DNA from: Octopus vulgaris
Taxonomy: Eukaryota
Assembly: GCA_951406725.2 (NCBI GenBank)
Contig: OX597837.1
Span: forward strand, 45,508,001 to 45,572,000
Length of the DNA stretch: 64,000 bases
Direction of reading: 5' to 3'
The position numbers were made by a program, and so were the translations under genes. Of this stretch, positions 13,764 to 27,224 are shown piece after piece. Under the pieces are notes generated by a model. The model saw only the letters and a list, made by a program, of their open reading frames with translations, did not search any database and was not told the DNA's origin. Each line of letters begins with the position of its first letter. Position 1 is the stretch's first letter.

Positions 13764-13927
13764 TGTGTGTGTGTGTGTGTACACACACGTATGTACAATC
13801 AAAGATACGTACATATCAATAGATACTTAGATGATATCCATGATTGCCGGAAGTAGAATCTATAGATACGTTTCCGCTTCATCCGTCTATATAATTCTCT
13901 TGCAATTCAGAGTTTACCGGACGTGAG

Positions 13928-13994
<67 letters not shown>

Positions 13995-14297
13995 CGAAAG
14001 AGGAAAAGAGAGAGTGTGTGTGTGAAGACAAATGTTGTGAGAGGGGGCATTTGAAAACTGGCGATAGAGAAATGACAAAGTAGAACAACAACAAATTGGT
14101 CTCGTATGTGGAAATTTATCAAGAAACTAAAACATCGCAAAGACATTGTTTAAAGTTCGACAATAAACAGTCACAGCCTCCAGGTGTGAAATTGGGTTAA
14201 ATTGCTTTTCATATTTCATGTTCCTTGTAACTAATTGGAGACACACGGTGAGAATTGTAACACACGCGCACAAACACACATACACACACACATGTAT

Positions 14298-14386
<89 letters not shown>

Positions 14387-14486
14387 GAGAGAGAGAGAGA
14401 CAGAGGCAGACAGAAATTGAAAGATAGATACATACATGCATACATGTAAATAAATATATATATATATATATTTACACTCATATATA

Positions 14487-14525
<39 letters not shown>

Positions 14526-14699
14526 GTGTGTGTGTGTGTGTGTATATGTATGTATTTATCTATGTATATATGCATATACAAACATAGATGTATGTTTGCT
14601 TTTACAAAGTAGAAGCAAAAAGTACTCAATACGAAAGTGAAGTGCCAATAATTATTATAATGCTGTTTTTATTCGGAGTTCCGCATCTGCCGCCGATCG

Positions 14700-15900
14700 T
14701 GAACTGTTTTTCTTTTTAACCTTTTTATATGTAACGTATGATATTTTTAGTAAATGCTATTCGTAATTAGTCGATCGCTACAAGGAACGTCAACATTGGT
14801 TCCCAAATACTCGTAGTGGGGACGAAAGCACTGAAGATGAGAATATGTTACGGACGACCATCTCGGTGTCCTTATTAAATTTATCCCATGCAAAGTACTT
14901 AAGGACGTTCATAGAAGAACTGAGCGTTGATATTTCAACAGCTGCCCCACATTGCAAAATAAATTTAAAACATCGATGGCGCACCAGCTGAACGAAAATA
15001 AAAAGAAATAGCTCCGTCAAACAGTCTGCTTCGGTGGTGGCTGCGCAATAAAAATTATCTATTTCTTCATCACATTGTGGTTTGTGATGCAAAATAGATT
15101 TTATACAACCGATAGCATTCCTTGCAATAGGCAGACCGAAGTAAAACCCCAAAAGAATTTTCCAAACTGAAGTTGTATCGAATATAAGCTTTGGTGATCG
15201 ATTTGGTGGTCGAGCTGGCAGAATCGTTAGCACGCCGGGCGAAATGCCTCGCAGTATTTCGTCTGCCGCTACGTTCTGAGTTCAAATTCCGCCGAGGTCG
15301 ACTTTGCCTTTCATCCTTTCGGGGTCGATTAAATAAATACCAGTTACGCACTGGGGTCGATATAATCGACTTAATCCGTTTACCTGTCCTTGTTCGTCCC
15401 CTCTGTGTTTAGCACCCTGTGGCTAGTAATGAAATAGGTCGACAAGTGGTATCACCCTCCACTATTTCTTGAATCCTGCTGCAGCTTCCACAGTAAATTA
15501 GTGTCCAAAATTGTTCAATGGTCATAGAATTGGTCCTTTTGGACTAATTCTTCTCTGTGACAACCTTACACCTCACGTTTCCCGAATTACTGCAGGAATT
15601 TTAACAAACTACTGTTATTAAACTCTATCTCACACAAGTTACTTCCGGTCCGTTACTATGCTTTCAATCAAATCGATATCTTCCTTCAAAAGAAGATTAC
15701 CAATAACCGAACAGCATTCCGAAATGCTTTTGAAGAATTAATCGATTCCAAGACCTCCGAAATCTATGCTTCCGGAATAAACGGTTACGTTTCCTAGTAA
15801 AAATGTGTTCATTCTAATAATTATTTTTCTATTCATAACATTGGTTTTGAGCTTTAATATATTTCTTTAAAGTTGGTGGCAAAAACAGCAAATATTTTAG
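14700..15900 (+). mobile_element. Decayed near-full-length mariner transposase pseudogene
   Basis: QHWF..RSGDESTEDE, EELSVDIST, FLHHIVVCDAK*ILY, WWSTSGI, LILLCDNLTPHVS, AFEELIDSKTSEIYASGIN..KCVHSN; split by a SINE. Confidence 0.88.
15214..15436 (+). mobile_element. SINE family A inserted in the mariner
   Basis: Full body to the tail gaaata; TSD GGTCGA at 15208-15213 and 15437-15442. Confidence 0.93.
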
Positions 15901-16510
15901 TTCTTGGAAAAACTTCGACTGCACCGTAAAAGGATAATGGAAACGCCAAAGACACAGCGACTCAAAAAAAAAATAACCAACTTATTCAGGGCAATTGACG
16001 AATGCCAGCTGCTTGTAAGGTTTAAGGTGCTTCCATTAGGACATCATACCCAAACTGTAGTGGCCATTCACTTTCCTGATTTTTCCCCATGATTCAAGCA
16101 GAGACAATTGAGGAATTGTGCAGCAAACTGATGCTAAAATCGCTGTGTGTTATCCCAACTTTTAGTTCAGTCAAACTGTACAGAAAAACTTTGAAGTTTC
16201 ACTTAACAATTCCATCGATGGTGAAAGAGTTTCAAGGCTATTACGGTAAGAACGGTTAGTTAATTGTTTCAATCAGAAGATCAAATATTGCACGCCAGTA
16301 AGATCATAATGAATAGCAGAATATGGAAGAACAAACAAGCTATACAGAAGCTGAAATGTATAAGAGATTCCAAGAGATTTTTGGACTGGTCTCCCAATGA
16401 ATGTTGGGAGAAGGAATAAAGAGGTACAGCATTGTCAATTCCAGATGCAAGAGAAGACCCAAAGTGAAGAGGGCCCAAGAAACAATAACAAATTATATTC
16501 ATCTGGACGG

Positions 16511-16582
16511 TCGCACCGATGATCTACGGACATTTATGTAAGTAAAATTACGTCATATGTTAATAGTGAAACATGTCTGCGA
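16511..16582 (+). ncRNA. Type I hammerhead-like fold (U4C, long stem II)
   Basis: Stem I UCGCA/UGCGA; core CCGAUGA; interrupted stem II CUA..GACAU..GUAA/UUAC..AUGUU..UAG; GAAA; palindromic stem III ACAUGU; triplet GUC. Confidence 0.78.
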
Positions 16583-16764
16583 ATAATCCATATTTCTATT
16601 GCTTTTTCTTTTGTCTTGCTCGATTACATTTTAGTTGTTTTGCTAAATTTTTCTTGAGAACATTTCTTGGTGGTAAAACCATATCGGATCTATTTCTAGC
16701 ATAAGGGTGTCCACATAGTGTTTTTTCTTCTAATATGTATTTAATATATATATATATATATATA

Positions 16765-17190
16765 TTCTTTTACTATTTTACTTGTTTCAGTCATTTGACT
16801 GCGGCCATGCTGGAGCACCGCCTTTTAGTCAAGCAAATCGACCCCGGGACTTATTCTTTGTAAGCCCAGTACTTATTCTATCGGTCTCTTTTGCCGAACC
16901 GCTAAGTGACGGGGACGCAAACACACCAGCATCGGCCATCAACAAATGCTAGGGGGACAAACACAGACACACAAACACAGGCACACAAACACACACATGT
17001 ATATATATATATATATATATATATACGACAGGCTTCTTTCAGTTTCCGTCTACCAAATACACTCACATGGCATTGGTCGGCCCGGGGCTATAGCAGAGGA
17101 CACTTGCCCATGATGCTACGCAGTGGGACTGAACCGGGAACCATGTGGTTGGTTAGCAAGCTACTTACCACACAGCCACTCCTGCACTTG
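16765..17190 (-). mobile_element. SINE family B, young copy
   Basis: Highly similar to 22090-22500. Confidence 0.93.
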
Positions 17191-17839
17191 CGCACACACT
17201 CATACACGCACGCATAAATGAGAGTTGTCGCTGCTGCTTTTGTTGCGTCTGTTGCTATTGTTGTCGTCTTGTTGTTGTTGTTGTTGTTGTTGTCGTCTTG
17301 TTGTCGTTGTTGTTGTTGTTGTTGTTGTCGTCTTGTTGTTGTTGTTGTTGTTGTTCTTGTTGTTTAACATCAAGTCAGTCCCCAACGCGCAAATGTATGG
17401 TCAAAGATATTTCAGTGGAACCATTCCGTCTTCTATCGTATTACAGAAGAGAATGTCTTTTTATTTATGGCCGCTGAGTGTATTCTGAGAGAAATGCACG
17501 CTCCCTCTGGTTCCTGGCAAATCGAGAAACTAGACAGAGGTCACCTTCCTACCTCGGATTCCTCTCTAAATATATTACTGTATATTATACACGCTAGCGT
17601 GGAAATGTTATACACATATATATATTTTACACATACACACACTCGCACACGCTCACACATACATAGTATATGTACATATACACTGACATTCAAACGTACG
17701 TTTGCGGGTGCATGCATAATATATATAAATGTGTATGTGTATGTCTGTGTGTGTGTGCATATATGTATACATATGTATATACACGCATTTAACACACATA
17801 AATCGGCACCTCGCTATGTGCATAGAGATAGATAAATAG

Positions 17840-18233
17840 ATACATACATACATACATGCCCACATACATTCATACATACATACACACACACACACACATA
17901 CATACATACATACATACATACATACATACATACACACATACAGATATACATACATACATATATAAATAATACATACATATATACATACATAATACATACA
18001 TACATACATACACATACATACATACATACATACATACATACATACATACATACATACATACACACATACATACATACATACATACATACATACATGCCCA
18101 CATGCATACATACATACATACATACATACATAATACATACATACATACATACATACATACATACATACATACATACATACATACATACATACATACATAC
18201 ATACATACATACACACATACATACATACATACA

Positions 18234-18267
<34 letters not shown>

Positions 18268-18369
18268 CATACATACACATGTGTGAATATATGTGTGTGC
18301 GTGTGTATGAATGTGTGATTATCAGTGTATATCTGTTATTGTATTTCTGTTTCGACATTTGTATATATA

Positions 18370-18404
<35 letters not shown>

Positions 18405-18457
18405 ATGTATGTATGTATGTATGTATGTATGTATGTATGTATGTATGTATGTATATA

Positions 18458-18488
<31 letters not shown>

Positions 18489-18580
18489 ATGTATGTATGT
18501 ATGTATGTATGTATGTATGTATGTATGTATGTATGTTTGCATGTATGTATGTATGTATGTATGTATGTATGTATGTATAT
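17840..18580. repeat. (CATA)n array followed by oppositely oriented (TATG)n array
   Basis: Seen directly. Confidence 0.97.
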
Positions 18581-19069
18581 ATTTTCGAATGAATACACAC
18601 GAATATTTACATATGCACACATAATAATAATTCCAACACGCCATTACGATGCCAAGACCGAAATTTCAGAACATAAGGTTCAGGTCATTTCGCCTGCAGC
18701 TTTTCTTTCCAGAATCTTCTGTTATTACCAAAAACGGTCTTGTGAACTCTAAACACACAATTACTGCAATTCATAATTATATCCGCTCCGTCCTGTCGCA
18801 TTGTGAGGATAAACTTTTGAATTATTTTAATCACAATCTATCCTTGAATGACAAGTGTGTTAATGTTCTTGTTGTTGGCGTTCTTCTTCGCGTTGTTGTC
18901 GTAGATTGCCCTGGCAAGACGCATTCCATATCTCCCCGTTTCTAACAAATGGTTGCATACTTTCTGTATATGGTTCCGTGTGGTGTCTGACGGTCTTGGG
19001 ACTTGCAGAGGTGAGAAATAAATTCGAAGTGATTTTAAATTGTTTTGGGATAGGATTTTTTTTTTCTTC

Positions 19070-19675
19070 TTTTCTATTATCCTTTACATGTTTCAGTCAT
19101 TAGACTGTGGCCATGCTGGAGCACCGCCTCGAAGAATTTTTTTTTAATCGAATGTATCGACCCTAGTACTTATTTTTCATTTTTTTAAAGCCTGTTATAT
19201 ATTCTGTCGTCAAATTATATATTCTGCCGACAAATTAAGGGACGTAAACACACCAACACCAGTTCTCAAGCGGTGGGGCAAGACAGAGACAGAAAGAAAC
19301 ATACACTCAGATATATGGGGCTGGCCAGATTGGAGCAATCTCGAGTATAATCAGCCGAAATTGCGAAGATAATCTGGTACTCGACTGAGGAAAGAAAACT
19401 TCGAATGACCCGTCCTTGTTTTCTTGGTATCGTAAATCTGGATGTTTTGTTGTCCCTTTTTGTATCACCTAACTGTCCGAATGTTTTGCGTTCTTGTCCC
19501 ATTTTGTATTATATATATATACATATATATATATAGCGACAGGCTTCTTCCAGTTTCAGTCTGCCCTAGGCTACAGTAGAAGACACCACTTACCCAATGT
19601 GCCATGCAGTGGGACTGAACCCAGGACCATGTGATTGGAAAGCAAATTTCTTACCACACAGCCACTCCTGCGACT
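19070..19675 (-). mobile_element. SINE family B with ~200-bp insert in its internal microsatellite
   Basis: Tail 19070-19300 and head 19535-19675, with unrelated sequence at 19310-19510. Confidence 0.85.
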
Positions 19676-19849
19676 CTATGAATCATTTTCGGCGAATGTA
19701 AACAAGAAAGAAACTAAGAAACCAAACCAGAATTCTGTCTCAAAGAACAAAAAGTTGTTGAAAATCGACACATCTACATACGAATGGAATAAGAAGCCAA
19801 CAAAAACAGCCAGAGACACAAAGGAAGAATCTAATGTAATTCTTATGGA

Positions 19850-20225
19850 CAATACCTTGTTAGTGAATTTGGAAGAGGGAAACGATACAGAAGCCCGTTG
19901 TATATATCTATCTGTGTGTGTGTATCTGTGTTTGTGTGTGTATGTGTGTGTTTGTGTCTGCGTGTAACTGTGTGTGTATGTGTCTGTGCGTGCGTGTCTT
20001 TGCACCTGCTTGTTCTTCCCATCCTCTATTGACAACCGATGCTGGTTTGTTTATGTCCCCCGTAACTTATCGATGCGGCAAACGAGAAAGTACTGGAGTT
20101 TAAAAATAAGCAGTGGAGTGTCGTTCTGTTCGAAAGACGAGACCTTTACAAGGTGGTGCTCCAGCATGGCCGTAGTCCAATAACCGAAACTATCAACAGA
20201 AGCCAAAAGAAAGCAAAAAAAGGAA
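19850..20225 (+). mobile_element. SINE family B 3' part
   Basis: ttgacaaccgatgctggtttg...aggtggtgctccagcatggccg. Confidence 0.8.
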
Positions 20226-20764
20226 TGACTCGGGTGGGAAGAACAGCAGCGACGCATTTTGCAACAACAACAAACACACATACATATAGAGAAAGGAAAA
20301 TATTGTAAATACCGTTAATAGCAATTTGTTAACACATTGAAGTAAACAAGTTTCGGACATGAAAGGAATCCAGTCAGAGAAACAGACCAGTTCACTGTCT
20401 TTCATCTTGCTTGAGGAATTTATCAAAAAACGACCAAGGAAAAAAAAGCGAGTTCTACCACTGGAAAAGCGATTGCAACCTCAAAATAATAAACAAAATA
20501 ATCGCAGATGAATGGTACGATGCGGTGAGCATCGATCGTGAAGTATCTACAGGGATGTCTGTCTAGTTTCAGGCAGACAAAGGCGAGGTGAGACGACATG
20601 AGGAGTTCTAGTATACGCAATTGTCTTTAGATTCATACCGCAATGCACGGTTCTGCGAGGTTGACATTGAATCGTGCCCTAGCTCTCTGTCACTTTTATA
20701 ACACAATGCGGTCAGATTTTGAATGCAGAAGTGACTAAAGAATATATCTGGGATTAGTATAGAC

Positions 20765-20930
20765 CAGTGCTTTTCAAAATTTTTGCAGGAGCGGAACCTC
20801 AAGGAAACATTCCACTGGCTCGAGGAACCCCTGTGCAATAATTTAATAGTCTTATGCACACATATCTGCACAGGAGAATTAAAAATTACTGCCGATTTTA
20901 GCAGTTTTGTAACTTTTTGCGGAACCCCTG
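20765..20930 (+). mobile_element. hAT-type MITE lacking its right TIR
   Basis: Left TIR cagtgcttttcaa; perfect 8-bp TSD GTATAGAC at 20757-20764 and 20931-20938; near-identical to the left part of 54963-55181. Confidence 0.9.
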
Positions 20931-21348
20931 GTATAGACATACAAGACTTAATGGCCCTCGAAAACCGAAAGGTCACTCCGATGCTGTGCTGTGTTGTGTT
21001 ATGTGTGTGGAAATAAGATCAGCTGTACGAAGCAGAAGGATCGGCTTCTACATGCGTGGAAGTAAGAGCCACTTGAGAGCTTTCTGTCGCAAGAAACTGG
21101 GGAAAATTCAGAAGAGAGTGAGACAGGGACAGATTGAAGCATTGGAAGCATCAATGATGGTGGCAACGGTGGTGGCGTACTTGAGGGTACTGTTTAACCA
21201 CGAAGATCATCAAACACATTCCAGTCATGGGTGTGTGTGCACACACACAATGACGCACACACACTCATATATATACGCCATGATAGATCGTTAGCCACTA
21301 CACACATTTTTTTCTCTCCTTGTTTCTCTCCTTGTTTTTTCTGTGTTC

Positions 21349-21384
21349 CTTTCTGTGGAAGAGCGTAGGCTCGAAACGTAAAAG
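21349..21384 (+). ncRNA. Minimal hammerhead-like fold (A6U, probably impaired)
   Basis: CUUU-CUGUGGA-A-GAGC GUAG GCUC-GAAA-CG-UA-AAAG; palindromic ACGU stem III. Confidence 0.65.
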
Positions 21385-21497
21385 ACTTTTTCTATTCCTG
21401 AGCGTTATACTAATATATCTGTTTGTTTTGTACACCACCTGTCTTCGTCTTTTGTTATTTTTTTCGTAAACTCTCCCTACATACATATATAGATAGG

Positions 21498-21575
<78 letters not shown>

Positions 21576-21781
21576 CAGCTACAGATATAGATATAAATAA
21601 ACAGACAGATCAAAGATGCAGACGGGTACCAACGTCCCATGAGGCAGACTTGATAGTTGCAGAGAACTCGTGACATGAAACCAAAGATAGTCTCATTACT
21701 CCATGAATAAAGAATATTTATCCACTAATTCGGTATTGAGCACTTATTCTCACTATTCGATATTAAGGTTCTGTGCGTATA

Positions 21782-21840
<59 letters not shown>

Positions 21841-21846
<6 letters not shown>

Positions 21847-22024
21847 AACTAATTAGTACGTAGGTAATCGTTTTTTTTTATTTTCGTATATTTTCAATTA
21901 TCTTATTTTTAAACTTTGGTTTTTGCTGAATTTTTTCTTGAGAACACATTCTTTATGGTAAATGACGAGTTTGACTTCTATATCTAACATACAGGCTGTC
22001 CACTATTAGTGGTCATTCCTATAA

Positions 22025-22030
<6 letters not shown>
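21841..22030 (+). mobile_element. 5'-truncated HHR-bearing element embedded in (TA)n
   Basis: Begins tagt-GAAA-CUAAUUAG-UA (3' half of an HHR); downstream sequence resembles 16625-16740; TA arrays on both sides. Confidence 0.65.
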
Positions 22031-22088
<58 letters not shown>

Positions 22089-22089
22089 C

Positions 22090-22297
22090 TGTTTTACTCT
22101 TTTACTTGTTTCAGTCATTTGACTGCGGCCATGCTGGAGCACCGCCTTTAATCGAGCAACTCGACCCCGGCACTTATTCTTTGTAAGCCCAGTACTTATT
22201 CTATCGGACTCTTTTGCCGAACCGCTAAGTTACGGCGACGTAAACACACCAGCATCGGTTGTCAAGCAATGCTAGGGGAACAAACACAGACACACAA

Positions 22298-22334
<37 letters not shown>

Positions 22335-22500
22335 CATATATACGACGGGCTTCTTTCAGTTTCCGTCTACCAAATCTACTCACAAGGCTTTGGTCGGCCC
22401 GAGGCTATAGTAGAAGACACTTGGCCAAGGTGCCACGCAGTGGGACTGAACCCGGAACCATGTGGTTGGTAAACAAGCTACTTACTACACAGCCACACGC
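22090..22500 (-). mobile_element. SINE family B, young copy
   Basis: Full head, microsatellite and tail. Confidence 0.93.
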
Positions 22501-23024
22501 CTATGTATGTATATATATACATATGTGTGTGTGTATGCGTATATTATCCATAATCATGTGTATTGTTCCTTCTTAAGACGTTAGAAAGTTGTTACTGAGT
22601 GCGAGATTTGACTGCTACTTTTAGCATGTACAGCGACCGAGTAAGGTCACGTTCATTGGGTCTATTGAGGTAATTGGAGATAATTGAATTGCAATGATGA
22701 GTGTCTTTCAATGAAACAGGGTCACGAGGCTAATATACTTAAGTACATTCATACTAAAGTATGACTCGAGTTACTGCGCTGCAGGCAACGAAAATCTTCA
22801 CAATTCACCTTCAGTTTAACATCAATTAAAATTTTGGTAAATTTATTTAGCTTCTGCAGAATTTAATAGAATTAACGGAGACGTACACGGAATGCTGTGT
22901 GCATATATACACACGTATATGTATGTATGTATGTATGCATGTATGTATGTATGTGCATGTATGCATGTATGTGTGCATACATACATGTCTATGTATGTAT
23001 ACATATATATACATGTTCATATAA

Positions 23025-23077
<53 letters not shown>

Positions 23078-23194
23078 TGTATACATATGTTTGTAGGTAT
23101 ATACACACACGCATATATGTATTTATAGGTAGATAAACTGATATTTGATATAGATATAAAGTGTGTGTGTATATATATGTAATTATATATATAT

Positions 23195-23645
23195 ATTCTT
23201 TTATTCTTCTATTTGCTTCAGTCATTTGAGTGCGGCCATGCTGGAGTACCGCCTTTAGTCGAAGAAATCGACCACAGGGCTTATTCTTTCTAAGCCTATT
23301 TTTGTACCTATTCTATTGGTCAATTTTGTCGAACCGCTAAGTTACGGGGGATGTAAATACACCAAGATCGGATGTCAAGCGATGGTGGGGGAACAAGCAC
23401 AAACACGTAAATACATACATACATACATACATACATATACATATATATACTTATATATATATATATATATATATATAACGACCGGCTTCTTTCAGTTTCC
23501 GTCTACCAAATCCATTCACAAGGCTCTGATCGGCCCAGGAGCTATAGTAGAAGATACTTGCTTAAGGTGCCACGCAATGGGACTGAACCCGGAACCATGT
23601 GGTTGGGAAGCAAGCTTCCCACCACAGATCCATGCCTGCTCCTGC
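23195..23645 (-). mobile_element. SINE family B
   Basis: Full head, microsatellite and tail. Confidence 0.9.
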
Positions 23646-23743
23646 ATATTACCACGCCTGCGTCTATATATACATATATACATACACACACCCACATCTC
23701 TCAAGATAGACAAGATGGTAGGCAACAAGAATGATACATAGAT

Positions 23744-23780
<37 letters not shown>

Positions 23781-24245
23781 ATGTGTACTTGTGTGTGTGT
23801 ACGTGCGTATATCCATCCATATACGTATGTATCTCTACAATAATGATATAAAAAGCCTGCTAATTAACTTGAATTATGTAACTTTTATTCAAGAAAAGCA
23901 ATTACTGAAAACCAGAGCGCGTGGTATAAAACTAGTATAAGACCCTTTACAGGAATATTGGGAATGAGAAAATTACGATAATCGAGATCGAGATGATAAC
24001 TTTTCGGAGCAGCGGGAGGTAGTGTGGGAGGGGGGTGGGGTTAGTTACAGGTATGGCTATGTGGTTAAGAAGCTCTCCTGGCAACCACATTGGTTTTGAG
24101 TTCGGTCCCGCTGTGAAGCACATCGCATTTTGGTAAATACGGAACGACCAATGCCGTCTGAGTGCATTTGATAAACGGAGCGTGGAAGCCCGTCGTGTGT
24201 GTGGGTGCGTGCATGTACGTGTGTGTACGTGTGTATATATATATG

Positions 24246-24365
<120 letters not shown>

Positions 24366-24385
24366 TATATACATACATACATATA

Positions 24386-24454
<69 letters not shown>

Positions 24455-24459
<5 letters not shown>

Positions 24460-24613
24460 AAATAAGAATATGGAGGAATAGATTCCTTCAATCATCAACT
24501 TCCAGATAATACCAATTCATATAATTTATTAACTAATTTAAATTATATGAATTGGTATTATCTGGAAGTTGATGATTGAAAGGAATCTGTTCCTCCATTT
24601 TCTTATTTTGTAT
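24455..24613. repeat. ~74-bp inverted repeat abutting (TA)n
   Basis: Arms 24455-24528 and 24539-24613, about 3 mismatches. Confidence 0.93.
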
Positions 24614-24788
24614 CATGAATTTGAGGTAAAACATTTTACCTTCGCCCATATAATACAATAATTGAATTAATTGCATTGCAATTCTTAGCATTTATGTATT
24701 AGCCTTTCTGGGTACTTCACTGGCAGTATATTGGATAAATGATATCCCATAGTGGGTTACACTCATAACCCTTATCTCACTTTGTACT

Positions 24789-24819
<31 letters not shown>

Positions 24820-24859
24820 ATGTGTGTGTGTATTATGTATGTATGTATTCTATTATTCT

Positions 24860-25300
<441 letters not shown>

Positions 25301-25339
25301 ATCAATGTAATTTTATTTGTTTCTAATTCTGGAACAGAA

Positions 25340-25748
25340 TACATACATACATACACACTTATACATACATACATACATACATACATACATACACACTTAT
25401 ACATACATACATACATACATACATACACACTTATACATACATACATACATACATACATACATACATACATTCATACATACATACATACATACATACATAC
25501 ATTCATACATACATACATACATACATTCATACATACATACATACATACATACATACATTCATACATACATATATGCATACAAACATGCACACATACATAC
25601 GCACATACATACATACATACATATATGCATACAAACATACGTACGTACATCCATCGATACATCCATCCATCCATCCATACATATATACATCCATCCATCC
25701 ATACATACATACATACATACATACATACATACATACATCCATCCATAC

Positions 25749-25779
<31 letters not shown>

Positions 25780-26045
25780 CATACATACATACATACATAC
25801 GTACGTACATACATACATTCATACATACATACATATATACATATATGCATACAAACATACACACATACATACGTACATACATACAAACATACACACATAC
25901 ATACGTACATACATACATACACACATACACACACACACATACATACATACATACATACATACATACATACATACATACATACATACATACATAAATACAT
26001 ACATACATACATACATACATACATAAATACATACATACATATGTG
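25340..26045. repeat. (CATA)n array
   Basis: Seen directly. Confidence 0.97.
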
Positions 26046-26514
26046 TGTGTGTGTGTACTGACAAATATGATTTAATGGTCAGAAGCAAGCGAGTGCGTTA
26101 GTCCAGCGGTCAGCGTATATATAAACTGAACTTTCAGAAACCAGACAGAACAGTGGAACAAGTGAAGCATCAAAACAATCAAAAACTTCATTCGAATACG
26201 GAGCTGGTCTTATTAAAATTTATATTTAGCTGTTTGATTCTAAAAACGAAAGAATTCCATTCAGAAAAATGGTATATTTATAGTCATGCTCATTGAGCGT
26301 CGGTGTATGGAAAAGCTAATTAAAACGAAAATGAACGAGAGAAAGTAATTATAATTGCTATTCACCATGAAATGCCACAATCAAAGATATTCATCTAAGC
26401 AGCGTCCGCACCAAAAGCCATCTTGTGATTTTCGAAATTTTACCTATTTTCTAAATAAGGTGGTTTGCTTTTCCAAAGGATTAATATACTAAGCATCAAC
26501 TTCATCTCCTGACG

Positions 26515-26567
<53 letters not shown>

Positions 26568-26614
26568 AATATACATATACATACATATATATATACATAC
26601 ATACATATATATAT

Positions 26615-26676
<62 letters not shown>

Positions 26677-26925
26677 ATATATATGTATGTATGTATGTAT
26701 ATATATATATGTATGTATATGTATATTTGTGTATATATATATATATATATATATATAACGGGAAGCTTATGAAAATAGACAAAAGACGAAGGCAGGTGGA
26801 ATATATATAAAGTAGTAACAGAAAAGAGGAATTTCGGTTATCCCCACGTGGTGGATTGTAAATGTATATAAGAAAAATAAAAACGGAAAATACGCACACT
26901 TACATGGTTATAGTATAATTTTTAA

Positions 26926-26962
26926 TGTATCGACCGGTTTCGCAATCGCTATTCATGATACA
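26926..26962 (-). ncRNA. Mirror copy of the A3-U8 hammerhead fold
   Basis: Exact reverse complement of 27102-27138. Confidence 0.75.
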
Positions 26963-27101
26963 ATGTTTAATTTATATGAAAATATATTTTTTCTTAAGAA
27001 GAAAATGGGTCCATGTTGTTTATAATGAGATTCACTCGTGAATCTCATTATAAACCCATTTTCTTCTTAAGAAAAAATATATTTTCATATAAATTAAACA
27101 T

Positions 27102-27138
27102 TGTATCATGAATAGCGATTGCGAAACCGGTCGATACA
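27102..27138 (+). ncRNA. Minimal type I hammerhead fold with compensatory A3-U8 core
   Basis: UGUAUC-AUGAAUA-GC GAUU GC-GAAA-CCGG-UC-GAUACA; 6-bp stem I; palindromic ACCGGU; triplet GUC. Confidence 0.78.
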
Positions 27139-27193
27139 TTAAAAATTATACTATAACCATGTAAGTGTGCGTATTTTCCGTTTTTATTTTTCT

Positions 27194-27224
<31 letters not shown>

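Larger units (their letters stand above)
26865..27199. repeat. ~335-bp near-perfect palindrome ending in (TA)n
   Basis: Arms match except a 9-nt bulge near 27010-27018; 2-nt loop at 27036-27037. Confidence 0.97.

Noticed and set aside
14790-15233. 147-aa minus-strand ORF
   Set aside because: It is antisense to the decayed mariner.
18650-19000. Possible Tc1-like transposase N-terminus on the minus strand
   Set aside because: Only a vague LETG..G..R.EE resemblance; needs BLASTX.
19378-19420. CUGAGGA-AAG AAAA CUU-CGAAU...GUC hammerhead look-alike
   Set aside because: No stem I pairing and GAAA is broken.
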